From the IMG/VR virus record IMGVR_UViG_3300032007_000010: a DNA stretch of 64,000 nucleotides; one strand, written 5' to 3'. Positions 29,020 through 38,636 of the stretch are shown here, one piece after another. The position numbers and the translations under genes were made by a program. Each line of letters opens with the position of its first letter. Positions within the stretch are counted from its first letter, which is position 1. The DNA comes from a virus. Taxonomy: Duplodnaviria; Caudoviricetes. The notes under the pieces are model-generated. The model worked only from the letters and a program-made list of their open reading frames with translations, searched no databases and was not told the DNA's origin.

Positions 29020-30968
29020 TGGGAACCAAATTCACCAAACCCGTGACCATTGATGCTCCTGGCAAAGATGTCGTGTTTGATGGATGCGACTTCAGCAACG
29101 AGGCGCATGTAATCATCGAGTACGCGAGCACCGTCACCATCAAGAACTGCAGATTCTTCAATCTCGTCGGAACCGCAGCTCCGATTCAGATCAAGAACGC
29201 TGCGCTCCTCTGTGTCAGCAACTGCTACTTCGGCATGCCCATCGAGGGCGACTATGACGAACTCATCGAGAACTTCGATTCCTGCAACAACGAGTTCTGC
29301 AACAACTTTGTTCGTTCTGCGGCGCCGCTCAGGCTCACGAACCTCAGCATGGAGGGTCTCTGCCGCATCATCAAGATCAACGACAACCACTTCGAGAAAT
29401 CGGCACCGGCGATCATCGTCTCTCCGAAGGAAAGCCCCTGCGTCACCATCGAGGCCAAGCGCAACACCGCGAAGTCCTACGTTGGCGAATACGAAGGCAT
29501 CGTGGCGATCCAGCCGTACGGAACCGAGACGGTTTCCATGAACAGCGTCGTCGTCGATCTCACCGGCAAGTATTACCTCTACGCCGGCAAGGATGATACC
29601 CAGTTCTCCAAGAAGGATAATCTTCCGATCGTCGTGATCAACGAAAAGGTGGTCAAGACGAAGGATCTGACGCTGGCCGGTGACACGGTCATCGACATGC
29701 CCTTCGACTCCATCGAATGGAAGACCGGCTTCGTTCCCGCCGACACCAAGATCACCAGAACTACCACCGGTCGCGTGGTGATCTACGACGATGGTGAAGT
29801 CCTCGACACCAAGGCCGAGTACGCCGAACAGCTCCCGAACTGGGAACTGGTCTATGATCCCGAATATCTCAGCGTATCCACCGCTCCGACGGCCTACTCA
29901 TCCTACATCGGCTTTGTGCTCAAGGGTGTCAAGGCCGGCGAAACGACCATCGAATATCGCAACAAGGAAGATGAGACGGCGAAGGTCAGTGCGACCATCA
30001 AGATCGATCACTATCTGAGCATCCGCATCGCGCCGAGTGGCACACACCTCGTCGAAGCGGGTGCGGTCGAGATCGATGCTAGCAGCACCTTCGATGGCGA
30101 GGCCATGAATCTCGACGAATATACCTTCACCAGCTCCGATGTCAGCATTGCCACGATCGATGGCACAACGATCAGCCCGCTCAAGGCCGGCAGCATCAAT
30201 GTCATCGCGACCAAGAAGAGCGATGCCAGCGTGTCTGCCACCGCCACGGTGTCCTTTGTCGCGGCAGCGGTCAAGATCGACGACACCTTCTATGATACCA
30301 TCAAGAGTGCGCTGAAGGCGGCCAAGTCCGGTGATACTCTGGTTCTCCAGCGCGATGTGGTCGAAAGCGTGAGCTTCGCGGGTGAACTTCCCCGTGTGGA
30401 TGGCTTTGTGCTGAACATTGATCTGAATGGCCACACCTGGACGAGCAGTGCGACCCAGTCCTACGCGTTCCGCTGCGACTACGGTATCGTGACCATCAAA
30501 GATAGCATCGGCGGCGGTGCGATCAGCTACGGCAAGGACTATGCACTCGTCGTGAGCCACCTGGCCGGAGACTATGTCTCCAAGCTGATCATCGAGGCCG
30601 GCACGTTCACGGGCAAGACCTCTGTCCTCCAGGATGGCACCGCCGGTGGAACCGGTAGCAACAAGAAATACTACGGTGGTGAGGTCGAGATCCTCGGTGG
30701 TACGTTCATCACGGTTCCCGACGAAGGTGAGTCCTATGATGATCAGGGCAACTTCAGGTACACGCTCAACATGCTGGACATGAACGAGTCCGCATATCCC
30801 GGCGGTATCTACAGCCCGTCCGTGATCAGCGTCAAGGGCGGTACCTTCCAGAAATTCAATCCGCAGAACTGCGCGGCCGAGGGTCCGAACACCAACTTCG
30901 TGGCCGAAGGCTATGCTGCGGTGGACAACGGCGATGGCAGCTGGACTGTCAAACCGGTCAACGAGTAA
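29016..30968 (+). CDS. Probable virion surface protein (beta-helix-like N-terminus, Ig-like domains)
   Basis: Asn/Cys-ladder N-terminus; FTSSDVSIATID...G...V.A Ig signature; IDLNGHT and GGTF repeats. Confidence 0.6.
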   Translation: MMGTKFTKPVTIDAPGKDVVFDGCDFSNEAHVIIEYASTVTIKNCRFFNLVGTAAPIQIKNAALLCVSNCYFGMPIEGDYDELIENFDSCNNEFCNNFVRSAAPLRLTNLSMEGLCRIIKINDNHFEKSAPAIIVSPKESPCVTIEAKRNTAKSYVGEYEGIVAIQPYGTETVSMNSVVVDLTGKYYLYAGKDDTQFSKKDNLPIVVINEKVVKTKDLTLAGDTVIDMPFDSIEWKTGFVPADTKITRTTTGRVVIYDDGEVLDTKAEYAEQLPNWELVYDPEYLSVSTAPTAYSSYIGFVLKGVKAGETTIEYRNKEDETAKVSATIKIDHYLSIRIAPSGTHLVEAGAVEIDASSTFDGEAMNLDEYTFTSSDVSIATIDGTTISPLKAGSINVIATKKSDASVSATATVSFVAAAVKIDDTFYDTIKSALKAAKSGDTLVLQRDVVESVSFAGELPRVDGFVLNIDLNGHTWTSSATQSYAFRCDYGIVTIKDSIGGGAISYGKDYALVVSHLAGDYVSKLIIEAGTFTGKTSVLQDGTAGGTGSNKKYYGGEVEILGGTFITVPDEGESYDDQGNFRYTLNMLDMNESAYPGGIYSPSVISVKGGTFQKFNPQNCAAEGPNTNFVAEGYAAVDNGDGSWTVKPVNE

Positions 30969-30980
30969 CTATCAGAACGA

Positions 30981-31018
30981 AAAGAGAGGACCTCCGACGG
31001 GTCCTCTCTTTCTTTTTT
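30981..31018. terminator. Bidirectional terminator
   Basis: AAAGAGAGGACC/GGTCCTCTCTTT between convergent genes. Confidence 0.8.
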
Positions 31019-31032
31019 GTGATGAAGCAGTG

Positions 31033-31812
31033 TCAGGCCGTAAGAATCACCTTCTGATGAGCCTTGAATCTCTGCACAATGTTTTCTGATATGATCGCAG
31101 AATTCTCGAGCTCGATCGTCGCAGAATCGGTGATGGTCCCGAAGATCGGTTCGCCCGTGGGATTGAGTTCATCCACCCTGGTATAGTGAAATCTATACAG
31201 ATGCCGATAGCGTGGGCCATAACTATGTGCCAGTCGAATATTGTGCAGCTCTCGCTCTCTGGGCTCATCCCTCATGGTGGCGGCGTTCAAAACCCGCGGT
31301 ATCATGCTATCAAGCTGAATCACCTCGAGATCATCCACGCATGAGAAGTGGTAAAAGATCATGTTTCCGGTCGATATGTGAAGTATGCATCCGACATCAG
31401 GATCCGCATCCAGTTTCTCGAGCAAACTGGTCTCGACCATGTTTTGTGCGAAGGTGCTGATGCGATTCGCTATCGCGTTGCTGATCGCATTGCCGATCAT
31501 GATTTCCTTGGTCTTCTCATCGATACCGTTTGCGACCCGAAGCCGTTCTGCGAATTTCACGATCGGCTCAGAATATGCGATGCCTGTCGTATATGGATAG
31601 GGCATGATGCGCATGCTTGCCGTGGCATTGTGGGACTCAACATCACCGTCATAGCGCATGCTGTAGGAAACCTCGAAGCTGTTTGTGCCCTCGACATATT
31701 CGACCATGTCGTTGAATACGGGAAGCGGAATCAGCACGTCTCCGAGGCGATCAATCTCTTCGTTGTAGATCGAATCGTAGTACTTGTCTCTTCGTCTCAT
31801 ATCATACTCCAA
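31033..31812 (-). CDS. Hypothetical protein
   Basis: 259 aa ORF. Confidence 0.7.
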   Translation of the reverse strand: MEYDMRRRDKYYDSIYNEEIDRLGDVLIPLPVFNDMVEYVEGTNSFEVSYSMRYDGDVESHNATASMRIMPYPYTTGIAYSEPIVKFAERLRVANGIDEKTKEIMIGNAISNAIANRISTFAQNMVETSLLEKLDADPDVGCILHISTGNMIFYHFSCVDDLEVIQLDSMIPRVLNAATMRDEPRERELHNIRLAHSYGPRYRHLYRFHYTRVDELNPTGEPIFGTITDSATIELENSAIISENIVQRFKAHQKVILTA

Positions 31813-31864
31813 ATGAAAACAACCACGGGTGAACTCGATGTTCTCCCGTGGTCATCTTCGGTAC

Positions 31865-34243
31865 TTAGGTTTTGGTATTGAGGATTTCTTCCTCCTCCGC
31901 ACTGAACTCATCATCCGCTGCGTTTGGATCGAAATCTCGCTCCTCGGTGCTCTCTTTGTACTCACGAGCCACCGCGGTCATCTCTCGCTCGATCTCATCA
32001 CCGATGTTGGTGATGGCCGCGTCGCTGAGCAGGCTTGTGTATGCAGACCAGTCGATATTGACCTGCTTCTTGATGAGCTCGAAGATGAACTTGGATCTCT
32101 GGTTCTCTGTGTTATCTCCGTTGAGCTCCGGCATGAGGTCCGCGATGCCCTCGGCATAGGTCTTTGCCTGGTTGATGTCGTCGATGATCGTCTGGGTGAT
32201 CAATGTGTGCGGCTCGAAGAACGCAACCTCGATCTCGGATCGTTCGAGGGCCTTGACGGTTTCCTCGCTGCCCATGATCCGAATGACCTCCTTGCAGAGG
32301 TTCGACCATGCATCGTAGAGATCCTGCTGTTCGTTGCGCACCATGTTTGCGATCTGGAGGCTCTCCATGGACAAGGTTCGTGCGAACTGGAGATTTCCGT
32401 TCGTGGCATCGATCACCGCCGAATCCAATCCAAAGGACGATATGATCGCGTTGAGCAGCGTCCGCAGAAAGTCATCGTCCATGTTCACATCCTGTCCGGG
32501 AATGTAGTCGGTCTCGATGTACTTCTGACTGTCGTCCTCGGTCGGAATGATGATGTCGGAGGCGGCATTGAACGGGTTCAGAATCTGCTCGAAGGATCCA
32601 TGCAGCGTGCCGAGATTGTTCTCGGGCATGGTGAGACTCGCCATGGCGTTCTGGATGTAGCGTTGGACGTTTGGAGATGCGCCCATGCGCACGGTGTGAA
32701 TCTGACGTCCACGTCCACGAAGCACCTTCGTCATGATGTTGTTGAGCAGAAGCGTCGAGTAGAGCTTCGTGAAGAAGACCGCATTCGTGAGGATGGAACC
32801 ATCCGCCCTTGAGCAGTCAAAGATCTCGTCGCTGTAGTAGAATGTGATGCGCTTGTTGCCGCGAAAGATCTCGTTGTTGCGGATGTAGTCGATGAGAAGA
32901 TCCACGTCTTCGATGCGATTGATACCAATGTTGGGATCAAAGGTGTTGATGATCTTCTCAGCGAGACTGCGAGAGATCACCTCCTCGGCGGTGGCGGACG
33001 TTTTCTCGATGTTGACGGCGCGTGACTTGAGCAGCTGGTCCTTGAGACTCTGTGCAAAGTTCACCACGTTGGATCCGTTTGTATCGATGTCGCGGATATA
33101 GAAGTACCCAATGGTCTTCCCCGCCACCTTGAGTTTGAAGACGCGTGCCGGGTCCATGCGCTCGATTACACAGCGCTGGAGCTTCTTCGACTTGATGTTC
33201 GAAATCACCTGCTCGAAGCGTGTGTTGTCGATGATCGCCTCGTTGAGCGGCTTGTCACCATCGAGAGCATCGAGCATGGTATCAATGGAATAGGCGTTGC
33301 TGGATTCTTGGATAACCATCGCATTGGCCTGTTCGACCATGTGTCCGATGCCAGAGCGTTCCACGATGATGTTCATGTCCCCAAAGCTGAGGTCCACCAC
33401 GGTCTCGTTGATGTTTGACGTCATGACGTTCTGATTGATCGCATTCTTGCCCATGCTTCGCATCAGGTCATTGGCAATGTTGCCCGACTCGTTCACCTCG
33501 TCATATTGATTGATGCGAATCGAACATTCGATCTCTCCAATGTTTTCGGAGAGACCGCTAAGCGAATGTTGGAAAAAATCACTGTCGGTCATCCCGGCGG
33601 TGCTCTCGTTCAGGCTCTTGCGCTGGAGCAGCCGTTCCATGCGTTCGAGAACCTGTTGATAGTCGAGCACGAGATAGTATTCATGACCGAGCTTGAATCG
33701 ATTCGTGTAGACCTCGCGCAGCAAGTTGTCAAGCTTCATCTCTTTCTTGATATCATCGATATCCCTCTGGATCTGATGTGGATCATCCTTTGGGATATAC
33801 TTGATCAGAAATGTCTGCTCGTTCTGCACGTCGGGGGATAAACATTCGTTGACCAAAAACATGAGCACTCGATTGATCTGCGGGATCAGAATCGGCATCA
33901 GTTCGTAATCCTTGATGACGCTGAAGTATTTCTTGTTCTTGTTGACCAGCTGATCGAGGATGTTTTGGAATCCTCCGGGATCCCTGTTGTTTCCGTTGAT
34001 CATGTCGCTGAGGCTGGTGAACATCTGCGCATCCGAAACCGCGCTGTCCGGTATCTTGCGATTGTTCCCGATCTGATTTGGGTTGCTTCCTCGGCCGAAG
34101 ATGGTTCTGGAACTCGTGTTGTTCCGTCGATCCTCGAGACCCTTCATGACCGTGCGCAGGCTGAGCTCGAGCCGCTGCTTAGCCTCGTCGGTGAGGTTGG
34201 AGCTTTGTCCATAAACGATCGAGTTGATGATCTTATCGTTCAT
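31865..34243 (-). CDS. Probable portal protein (jumbo phage type)
   Basis: 792 aa; VNECLSPD, IGYFY, DIIIPT...IETDYIPGQ, IISSFGL, QFARTL recall phiKZ/AR9-type portals; internal xNE sites; late promoter. Confidence 0.65.
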   Translation of the reverse strand: MNDKIINSIVYGQSSNLTDEAKQRLELSLRTVMKGLEDRRNNTSSRTIFGRGSNPNQIGNNRKIPDSAVSDAQMFTSLSDMINGNNRDPGGFQNILDQLVNKNKKYFSVIKDYELMPILIPQINRVLMFLVNECLSPDVQNEQTFLIKYIPKDDPHQIQRDIDDIKKEMKLDNLLREVYTNRFKLGHEYYLVLDYQQVLERMERLLQRKSLNESTAGMTDSDFFQHSLSGLSENIGEIECSIRINQYDEVNESGNIANDLMRSMGKNAINQNVMTSNINETVVDLSFGDMNIIVERSGIGHMVEQANAMVIQESSNAYSIDTMLDALDGDKPLNEAIIDNTRFEQVISNIKSKKLQRCVIERMDPARVFKLKVAGKTIGYFYIRDIDTNGSNVVNFAQSLKDQLLKSRAVNIEKTSATAEEVISRSLAEKIINTFDPNIGINRIEDVDLLIDYIRNNEIFRGNKRITFYYSDEIFDCSRADGSILTNAVFFTKLYSTLLLNNIMTKVLRGRGRQIHTVRMGASPNVQRYIQNAMASLTMPENNLGTLHGSFEQILNPFNAASDIIIPTEDDSQKYIETDYIPGQDVNMDDDFLRTLLNAIISSFGLDSAVIDATNGNLQFARTLSMESLQIANMVRNEQQDLYDAWSNLCKEVIRIMGSEETVKALERSEIEVAFFEPHTLITQTIIDDINQAKTYAEGIADLMPELNGDNTENQRSKFIFELIKKQVNIDWSAYTSLLSDAAITNIGDEIEREMTAVAREYKESTEERDFDPNAADDEFSAEEEEILNTKT

Positions 34244-34280
34244 CGGGATTGAAACCCTCCTCTCGTTGTTGTCAAACTGA

Positions 34281-34293
34281 TTATAGGGATGTT
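34281..34293 (-). promoter_or_regulatory. Putative late promoter
   Basis: AACATCCCTATAA. Confidence 0.6.
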
Positions 34294-34320
34294 TTGGCTT
34301 TCAATCGATACGATTTGGTC

Positions 34321-34331
34321 TATATATTATA
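34321..34331 (+). promoter_or_regulatory. Putative early/middle promoter
   Basis: TATATATTATA. Confidence 0.6.
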
Positions 34332-34369
34332 TGAGAGAAGTTCGGAGAGAAAGGTGGTTGAATGCTTAA

Positions 34370-34468
34370 ATGATTCCCGGCATTGATCTCGCAAAGAAGG
34401 CGCTCGGAGTCCTCGAATCCATCAACGAGAAACTCGGCCGCATCGCCGATGCGCTAGAACATCAATAA
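34370..34468 (+). CDS. Small 32-aa amphipathic peptide
   Basis: MIPGIDLAKKALGVLESINEKLGRIADALEHQ; phage-like codons; AAGGTGG upstream; below the ORF-track cutoff. Confidence 0.55.
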   Translation: MIPGIDLAKKALGVLESINEKLGRIADALEHQ

Positions 34469-34513
34469 AAATCGGACGGAGGTAAAATCTCCGTCCTACA
34501 TAAGATAAGGAGA

Positions 34514-34822
34514 ATGAATATGCTTAGCTTTGACGAATTCTATGCGAAGTACCGCAATGATATGCCGACGCTCTCGGTGGGAAATCTGGCGAAGGTATAT
34601 ACCGCCTATGTGAAGCTCGATGATGAGCGGAAGAAGTATCGTTCGATCATCGATGAGGGACATGCGATCGTCGATGCCACAACCACCAAGATCGGTAGAC
34701 GATCGGTGAAGCTCGTCACCTTCGGTCCGGAGAAGGGCAGTGCCAATTATGTTGATCATCCTCTGACCCGGATCGAGTATCGCACGGATCTGGAGCGCTG
34801 CGATGTGAAAAACCCATACTGA
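34514..34822 (+). CDS. Hypothetical protein
   Basis: 102 aa, AAGGAG RBS. Confidence 0.75.
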   Translation: MNMLSFDEFYAKYRNDMPTLSVGNLAKVYTAYVKLDDERKKYRSIIDEGHAIVDATTTKIGRRSVKLVTFGPEKGSANYVDHPLTRIEYRTDLERCDVKNPY

Positions 34823-34909
34823 GGAAGATCAATCCCATCGTACAAAATGATCAGGGTAACTACATTATACAAAGGCAAGAATTAACAATGGAACAGGAAG
34901 TGATTCACC

Positions 34910-35950
34910 ATGGCTGATCTTGACCTTGTCCAGGATTTTCTCCGAGGCCTGCCAAAGTTTCAGCTCACCGGTGATGGCACCTGGGCCACCTGCGAATGCT
35001 GGGTATGTGGCGGCTACGAAGACAGCTCCCAGGGTTCCATGAGCATCAAATTCCAGCCCGAGGATGGCGAGGTGATCGGATATAACTGTTTCCGAGCATC
35101 GTGCGGTGTGCACGGCATGCTGAGGCCGGAGGACCTGGAAAGAATGGGTTGCATGGATCCAAACACGCTGATCCAGCTCGCGAACCACAATGCCGCCACG
35201 AGCGGAAAACCGAGCAATAAATTCATCATGCGCAAGCAACGCGACTTCACCATGGTGAATCTCAACAATGAAACGAATCAGCTCAAGCTCGCGTACATAA
35301 ACAAACGGCTCGGAACAAAGTTCACAACCTCTGAGCTGCGTGACTATAAGATCCAGCTCAGTCTCTACGACTTCATCCGCATCAACAACATTCATCAGCT
35401 CGCGTACAGCGAACGCTATTGCGATGTGCTGAACAAATGGTGCATTGGCTTCGTGAGCGCCTACCAGGACTATCTCATCCTGCGCGACATATCCAAGAAG
35501 GAGTTCACGGGAAAACGCTATACACAGTATCGAATCATGGGCAAGTCCGAGAAGGGTGACACCAAGATCTACACCATCCCCCGCAACATCGATTTGCTGG
35601 ATCCACACCCGGCCGATATCAACCTCGCCGAGGGAGCATTCAGTCTCCTCGGTGCGTATCTGCACGCCGGAGATGTGGGATTCCATCATCCAAACAGTGT
35701 CTGGGCAGCGAACTGTGGATCGCAGTATCGCAACACGCTCATGCACCTGACTCGACAGTATGGGCTATTGGACGTGTGTCTGCATGTCTGGAGCGATTCG
35801 GAGATCAAAATCGAGAAATATGAACAGCTCATTCGCGAGGTCAAAGACCACATGAATCTTGTTTCGGTGCAGATACACTACAACGAAAGGGCTGAAGATT
35901 TCGGACATGCCAAAAAAGATATTGGAATATATACTATACAGCTGAAATGA
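34910..35950 (+). CDS. DNA primase-like protein (Zn finger + TOPRIM)
   Basis: CWVC...YNCFRASC Zn finger; INLAEGAFS and WSDSE TOPRIM-like motifs; EDFG near C-terminus. Confidence 0.7.
   Translation: MADLDLVQDFLRGLPKFQLTGDGTWATCECWVCGGYEDSSQGSMSIKFQPEDGEVIGYNCFRASCGVHGMLRPEDLERMGCMDPNTLIQLANHNAATSGKPSNKFIMRKQRDFTMVNLNNETNQLKLAYINKRLGTKFTTSELRDYKIQLSLYDFIRINNIHQLAYSERYCDVLNKWCIGFVSAYQDYLILRDISKKEFTGKRYTQYRIMGKSEKGDTKIYTIPRNIDLLDPHPADINLAEGAFSLLGAYLHAGDVGFHHPNSVWAANCGSQYRNTLMHLTRQYGLLDVCLHVWSDSEIKIEKYEQLIREVKDHMNLVSVQIHYNERAEDFGHAKKDIGIYTIQLK
35928..35938 (+). promoter_or_regulatory. Putative early/middle promoter (inside primase 3' end)
   Basis: TATATACTATA. Confidence 0.5.
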
Positions 35951-36142
35951 AGGAAATACTTGATGTATTCTGAAAATTCAAACAACAGATGATTAGGTGT
36001 GTGGCACATCGAATGTCAGACACCGACTCACACTCATCGCACTCGAAGCACTCTTCTGTGCGATGTCATTCCCAGATAGCTTGACCTGGTGAGCTCGCAG
36101 GTCAATCTATAAATATCATATATCACAAGGAGGAACTACATC

Positions 36143-36676
36143 ATGAGCAAGAAGTCCAAGAGCAAGAAGATCCGCCTCAGCGCACTCGCGGAGATCGTGT
36201 ACCGTCTGAACAAGGTCTACGCGGAGAGCAAGAAGAAGAAGGAGCTCCGCAAGAAGCTCAAGGGGTTCGTCAAGGGCTTCGGCAAGTTCAGCCTCGGCGA
36301 TCTGGTCAAGGATGAGAACTGGGAGGATCGTCCCGAGATCATCCTCATCACCGGTGCCGACGAGAACGGTGTCAGCTTCAGCGCCACCACCGAGCTGCCG
36401 AAGATCAGCAAGAAAAAGAAGAACGCCGAGAAGCGCTACAAGAGACTGGTGAGCTTCTTCACCGAGGATGTCCCCTTCGAGTACGCCATCGCCGCGCGCC
36501 GTGCCAAGGTCGCCGAGACCCGCGAAGAGCTCTACGATGCGGCCGCGCGCATGAAGGTCGCTGACATCAAGGTTGGCCCCATCAACACCCTCGTCGACGA
36601 GCGGTCCGCCAAGGCCTTCGAGGATCCGACCACCCAGGCCATCCTCATCATCATCGGTGAACCCGCCACCAAGTGA
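36143..36676 (+). CDS. Lys-rich basic hypothetical protein
   Basis: 177 aa, AGGAGG RBS, very strong codon bias. Confidence 0.85.
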   Translation: MSKKSKSKKIRLSALAEIVYRLNKVYAESKKKKELRKKLKGFVKGFGKFSLGDLVKDENWEDRPEIILITGADENGVSFSATTELPKISKKKKNAEKRYKRLVSFFTEDVPFEYAIAARRAKVAETREELYDAAARMKVADIKVGPINTLVDERSAKAFEDPTTQAILIIIGEPATK

Positions 36677-36717
36677 TCGAGGCAGCACCGAATTCCAGCT
36701 TTTCAACGAGCTTACAC

Positions 36718-36756
36718 AAAAAGAAACACCCCGGGCCTTCCGGGGTGTTTCTTTTT
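36718..36756. terminator. Bidirectional terminator
   Basis: AAAAAGAAACACCCCGG/CCGGGGTGTTTCTTTTT. Confidence 0.85.
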
Positions 36757-36761
36757 CTCCC

Positions 36762-37127
36762 TCACCAGGGAATATTGTTTTCCTCACAGTGCTCCTTCCA
36801 TACCTTGAGCACCTGATCGGTTTCGTCGAACTCCTTCGTGATAACCGTGGCGAACTCGCGGAGCTCGTCGCTGTCACCGACCCGTTCTTCGAGAATCCAA
36901 ACCACCTTGCAACCATCGCAGCGTGCGCCATCGCAGGTTCCACAGGAATCGCAGCTTTCGTAGGGACTTCCATAGTATTGGTGCCCCGTAAGTTCCACAT
37001 GTACATAGAAGCGGTCTGCCGCGTCGAGATACGCGCATCTCCAGTGTTCTTCGGTACGCACCTCGTGCATGGCCTTGTCGAAGATCTCCTTGTTGTAAAC
37101 TCCGGTGATGGTGTCAGTAGTGGACAT
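36762..37127 (-). CDS. Hypothetical Cys-cluster protein
   Basis: CDSCGTCDGARCDGC; AGGAGG RBS; TATATATTATA at 37160-37170 (-). Confidence 0.75.
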   Translation of the reverse strand: MSTTDTITGVYNKEIFDKAMHEVRTEEHWRCAYLDAADRFYVHVELTGHQYYGSPYESCDSCGTCDGARCDGCKVVWILEERVGDSDELREFATVITKEFDETDQVLKVWKEHCEENNIPW

Positions 37128-37244
37128 TTTAAGCGTCCTCCTTTCTAATCTATCATCGTTATAATATATACGCCGCCACCAGAACATGTTCAGAATGAAT
37201 GTCACCGAACATTTTTATATAAATAAGGAGGTGAAAACGGCCTT

Positions 37245-38567
37245 ATGAGAGTCATTGGTCAGCAGAATATTCTACAGAGACAATCTGTGAACTACATTGC
37301 TGGCGAGTTGTCCAACGTCGCGGCGGTTGTTCAGACCCCGCAAATTTTTGCGGACTATTTCTCCATCGATCAGGACGCGAGTCCGAGGATGGATGGGTTC
37401 AAGAACATCGAAGATTTCATTGGACCCGAATCTCCGGTTATCTACAATGAGGTTGAAGACCTCCCAATGTCCGGAGCGGATAATCTTGTCACCCAGGCGG
37501 AATTTGATCAGGAACTCGGATTTGACGAAGATCTCCAGAGCGGAGCGATCATTTTTCCGAACACGATCATTCCGAAGCCGAATGAGTTTTTCACGTTACC
37601 GAGTTCCCAGGTCACGGCACTCTATGTGGTGACAGGCGTGAGCCCGGTAACGGTGCGAGATAATCCCTTCGTCGAAATCCAATTTCGACTCTACAGTCGC
37701 GATCCGGAGCTCATCAAAGCTCTGCGACGCCAGGTGCGCGATCACTATGTGACCACGGTGACCGCCATAGGCACGGATCGCTCATTGGTGATCAAGAAGG
37801 AATCCTATCTCACCATCCAGGATCATGTGAAAAACTACATGGACCTCGCCGATCTCTACAAGACACTGTTCTATGATCGGACGCGTTCGGCATTTATCTT
37901 CGATGGCATCTACGACGAAGCCAGCGGAGAGAAGAAAATGTTTCTCGACATCACTCTCTGGAGACTCATGTTCGATGAACGCATCGTGGTCTACGATGAT
38001 GTGGTCACCTATGCGATCAACAATCTCAACAGACGAGATGTTGACCAGATCTACATCAGCTGTCCCGACATCTTTCTCGACGATTATACCTATCGTCGAT
38101 CCATCTTATATCGACTGTACACGCAGGATCGCAAGCACCGCTTCGACGAGTACAAGTATCCGCAGTCCTATGAGCCGGATCCACAGATGGGGAAATACAA
38201 GGGAAAGAATCTTGTCTATTTCGAACAGTACGGCGATAGCTGCGACTGCAACCCCATGTGCATGACATGCCCCCTCTGGGATCAGGAATTCGTCGATCGA
38301 ATCCGGGAAAACGTTCCCTACAAGGAAACCGAGGACTATGTCCTGCACGATGGCATCTTTGATGAGATGCGCACAACCTACGACAATGGTGTGATGGTTT
38401 CACACTACAACCCAATCCTTCGCAACGCAATCATCTCCTGGTATAACGGTGAGACGATCAACTGGGATGATCTGATCATCGAGGAGAAGAGAACCTGCGA
38501 AAACTATTTTTTGATCCCTCTTGTGCTGGCAGCCTACAAGAGTTATATTCATGATCTTCAGAAATGA
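37245..38567 (+). CDS. Probable virion structural protein
   Basis: 440 aa; AGGAGG RBS; AACATTTTTATAT promoter variant at 37208. Confidence 0.55.
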   Translation: MRVIGQQNILQRQSVNYIAGELSNVAAVVQTPQIFADYFSIDQDASPRMDGFKNIEDFIGPESPVIYNEVEDLPMSGADNLVTQAEFDQELGFDEDLQSGAIIFPNTIIPKPNEFFTLPSSQVTALYVVTGVSPVTVRDNPFVEIQFRLYSRDPELIKALRRQVRDHYVTTVTAIGTDRSLVIKKESYLTIQDHVKNYMDLADLYKTLFYDRTRSAFIFDGIYDEASGEKKMFLDITLWRLMFDERIVVYDDVVTYAINNLNRRDVDQIYISCPDIFLDDYTYRRSILYRLYTQDRKHRFDEYKYPQSYEPDPQMGKYKGKNLVYFEQYGDSCDCNPMCMTCPLWDQEFVDRIRENVPYKETEDYVLHDGIFDEMRTTYDNGVMVSHYNPILRNAIISWYNGETINWDDLIIEEKRTCENYFLIPLVLAAYKSYIHDLQK

Positions 38568-38636
38568 GGGTCATTCACGCATAAAAACTTCCAGCCTATA
38601 CTATCTAATAATTTCATGAAAGGGTGGTGTTAGCAA

